From assembly GCA_003427395.1 (NCBI GenBank), contig BFEA01000016.1, positions 3,604,479 to 3,668,478 on the forward strand: 64,000 nt of DNA, read 5' to 3'. Numbering within the stretch: position 1 is the first letter of the stretch; each line of letters opens with the position of its first letter. Below the pieces are notes generated by a model. The model was not told the DNA's origin. It made no database searches and saw only the letters and a list, made by a program, of their open reading frames with translations. This DNA is from Chara braunii. Lineage: Eukaryota; Plantae; Charophyceae. The position numbers and the translations under genes were made by a program. Below, piece after piece: positions 61,601 through 64,000 of this stretch.

Positions 61601-63626
61601 TCCTTCAGACAAAGCATTTAGAAGCTTCAGAATGTCCGGGGTGACAGGTGATGAGCAACAACGTACAAGTTCAGTAGGTATCCCATCAATACAAGTGGTT
61701 TTCCTAAGCGGCAGTTGTTGAATTGCTTGTCGCACTTCCAATTAAGAAAATGCTGAGTCCACTGCTGTTTTTTCCTGATTCGTCAGGCCAGTAGATAAGC
61801 ACGACCAAATACGATTTTGACAATGTCGCAACATATCATCTGTGTACAGTCGAGTAGAAAAAAGATCTGTGTAAAAAACAGTAGCGTAGTCAAGTATAAG
61901 TTTTGTGGTGTGGGCGTTGGGCTATGTGAGCTGGAATGAATGTTCCAGTTTCAATATCATCGACTCCGTGTTTAGAGGCCATCCTCTAGCGAAGTGCTCT
62001 TTAGTCATTTTATTGCCTACGACCATCCACTTTCTCTCAGTCCAAATTGTTGTTTTTTCTTGCTAAGCTCTATAAAGGTTTGCAGCGAAGACATCGCATC
62101 GGCCCTATATAGCTCAAGTAGGACTGCATCAAGAACTGTTGAATCCGATAGTTGAGTCAAAATATCGTGCAAAGATAGTGCTTGGTCTTTGACGCGCGTC
62201 AATCGGCGACATTCCGCCATTTTGACTCTACCTTGTCTAGCCAAGGAGTGAAAGGCTATCTCTAATCTGCGAGGTGGCTGCAACTGAGGCGGCATTGTGA
62301 AAATTTCATGCTTCCACATGTCTTGTAATTCCTTGATAAATTGTCTGTCTTGACCCAGCCACGTCGGGAGTCTACAGAGATCTCTGTATCGATGAATATG
62401 CAATCCTCGTTTGAGTGTAACCATGATGGGGAGATGATCCGATCCAGGAGATGGGATTACCTCAACCTGTTGGAGCAAAGACAGCAGTTGCGGTGTCAAG
62501 AAGCAGATATCCAGCCGACTGCGGGGCAGTCATTGAGAAGCCGTCAAAGAGGTGTCTATCCATGTATATACTGGATCTTGCAAATTGAGATGTCTTTGTG
62601 CGTCAGTCCAATTATATTGAGCTGCCAATGCGGTGAGTTTCAGCATTGTCTGTGAGGGTAGTTGCATTGCTGTCGAGTCTATATTAGACTGCAATAATGT
62701 ATTCCAATCCCCAATAAGTATGAGATTGTCCAATCGGGGGACCGTGCCAAGTAAGAAATCGAAAAAACTGGATCGATGTCGGACTTCTGACGGAGCATAA
62801 ACATTATATATGCCCCACATTTGACGGTCCAGTTCAAAAGCAATCCAAATCCACTTGCCTTCACAATCCCAAAAGTAGTCTTTCAGTGTTATAGGCAAGT
62901 TTGGGATAAGCAATATTGCCACCCCTCCCTTCGTCCCAGAGGCCGATGCCCACAACTGAGGGCCAGGCCACCAAGACAATTGAGCATTTACAGCTCGTCT
63001 GTCCAACTTTGTTTCTTGCACGGAGACAATCGCCGCACTGTTATTCCTAGCTACCGTTTTTATCAATGATCGTTTATACGCCGCTCGTCGTGAGCCTAGT
63101 CCTCGCACATCCCAAGACAATATTTTGACTTTATCCATCTCACAAACAGCAAAGGAAGGGAGAGGAACATCTCAAAGAGATAGAAAATGATGTGACTTAA
63201 GAAAAAAGAACAAAAGGAAAAAAAGAGAAGAGAAGATTCAATAGAGAGGGAAAAAAAGGAGAAGATAGTGTCCTGTTTCAAAAAGTTTATACTGTCATGG
63301 CATGCAGAAATTGACTTCATGGAGGCGCTCCGCTGTCCATAATCCACCTAGTTAAGTCGTCGTCGTCATCGCTCCTTTCGGATCAACAAACAAGCGCCAT
63401 GGGATCCATCTTGCTCGAGGCATATTTGACACTTCATATGCCGTGTCTGTCTGGCGGGTGTCCAGAAAAAGAAAGATGAGAGATGTCTGTACACCAGACA
63501 AGTGTTTATTGGGAATTTTTATCCATTGCACTTCGGGCCACTTCCATAGCCGATATCCTTGACCCAACCATTTCTGGATTTCTGAGATGGTGTCAGCAAT
63601 GCCAGGTTCCACGTAACACGAAATAT
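58608..63626 (-). mobile_element. L1/Tx1-clade LINE retrotransposon, degraded and 5'-truncated
   Basis: ORF2 from 63138 has an APE endonuclease (SWDVRGL, VQETK, GVAIL, NVYAP, IGDWN, SRLD, SDHLP), RT (GIP.E, KKGD...RPITL, QTGF, LDFEKAYD, VRQGCPLAP, FADD) and a C-terminal CxxC region. T-run at 58608 is the likely poly(A) tail; 63352-63612 may be the end of ORF1. Confidence 0.92.
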
Positions 63627-64000
63627 AACAGAGGATTCATGAAAACCTAACAAAAACAATTGTTAGGTTTGCACGAAAATTTTTAAAGATGTTTATAGTA
63701 CATTTTTCTGGCGTCCTACATGAACAAAATTCTATGTAAAGTAAATTAACCACAAAAAAGGAATAGAAATGTATTTTTTCAGAACCATTGAAGCAAGTTT
63801 TTTAAAGAAAAATCATTACCTTGCAAAGCACCATTTCTTAAGGAACTGAAAATCCTAGTTTTTTGTTTATTTTTAAAAATTATATTTATAGTTCTATAAG
63901 GTATGTAGCATAACGAATCTATTCGGGAGTTTTTCCCAAACACGCACGCATGTTCTCCTGTTCACGAATGTTCGTTTGGATATGTTTTCTCATACATGGA

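Overview
Eukaryotic, repeat-rich genomic DNA. The plant-type U6, very long transposon-filled introns and abundant microsatellites are consistent with a streptophyte alga such as Chara (inference). One intact host gene was found: ERGIC3/Erv46 on the + strand, 14 GT-AG exons, 18747-52651, 1164-nt CDS, 387 aa. The rest is mostly decayed mobile DNA: a Penelope-like element with GIY-YIG endonuclease N-terminal to RT (11.1-17.1 kb), a Ty3/gypsy gag-pol fragment in intron 6, an L1/Tx1-type LINE (58.6-63.6 kb, -), a TSD-flanked poly(A) retroposon, three U6 snRNA copies, an 18S rRNA fragment and a tRNA-like SINE head. The most unusual signals are (i) an array of 10 bulged hairpins with a conserved 20-nt core, compensating outer stems and unique spacers (5198-5953), (ii) three sense-strand type III hammerhead ribozymes in ERGIC3 introns, two of them 840 nt apart, (iii) a half-length polyadenylated U6 retrocopy with a TSD and (iv) an intronic Josephin-like protease remnant. 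Most ORFs in the supplied track are low-complexity artefacts. All calls were made by eye; no database searches were run.
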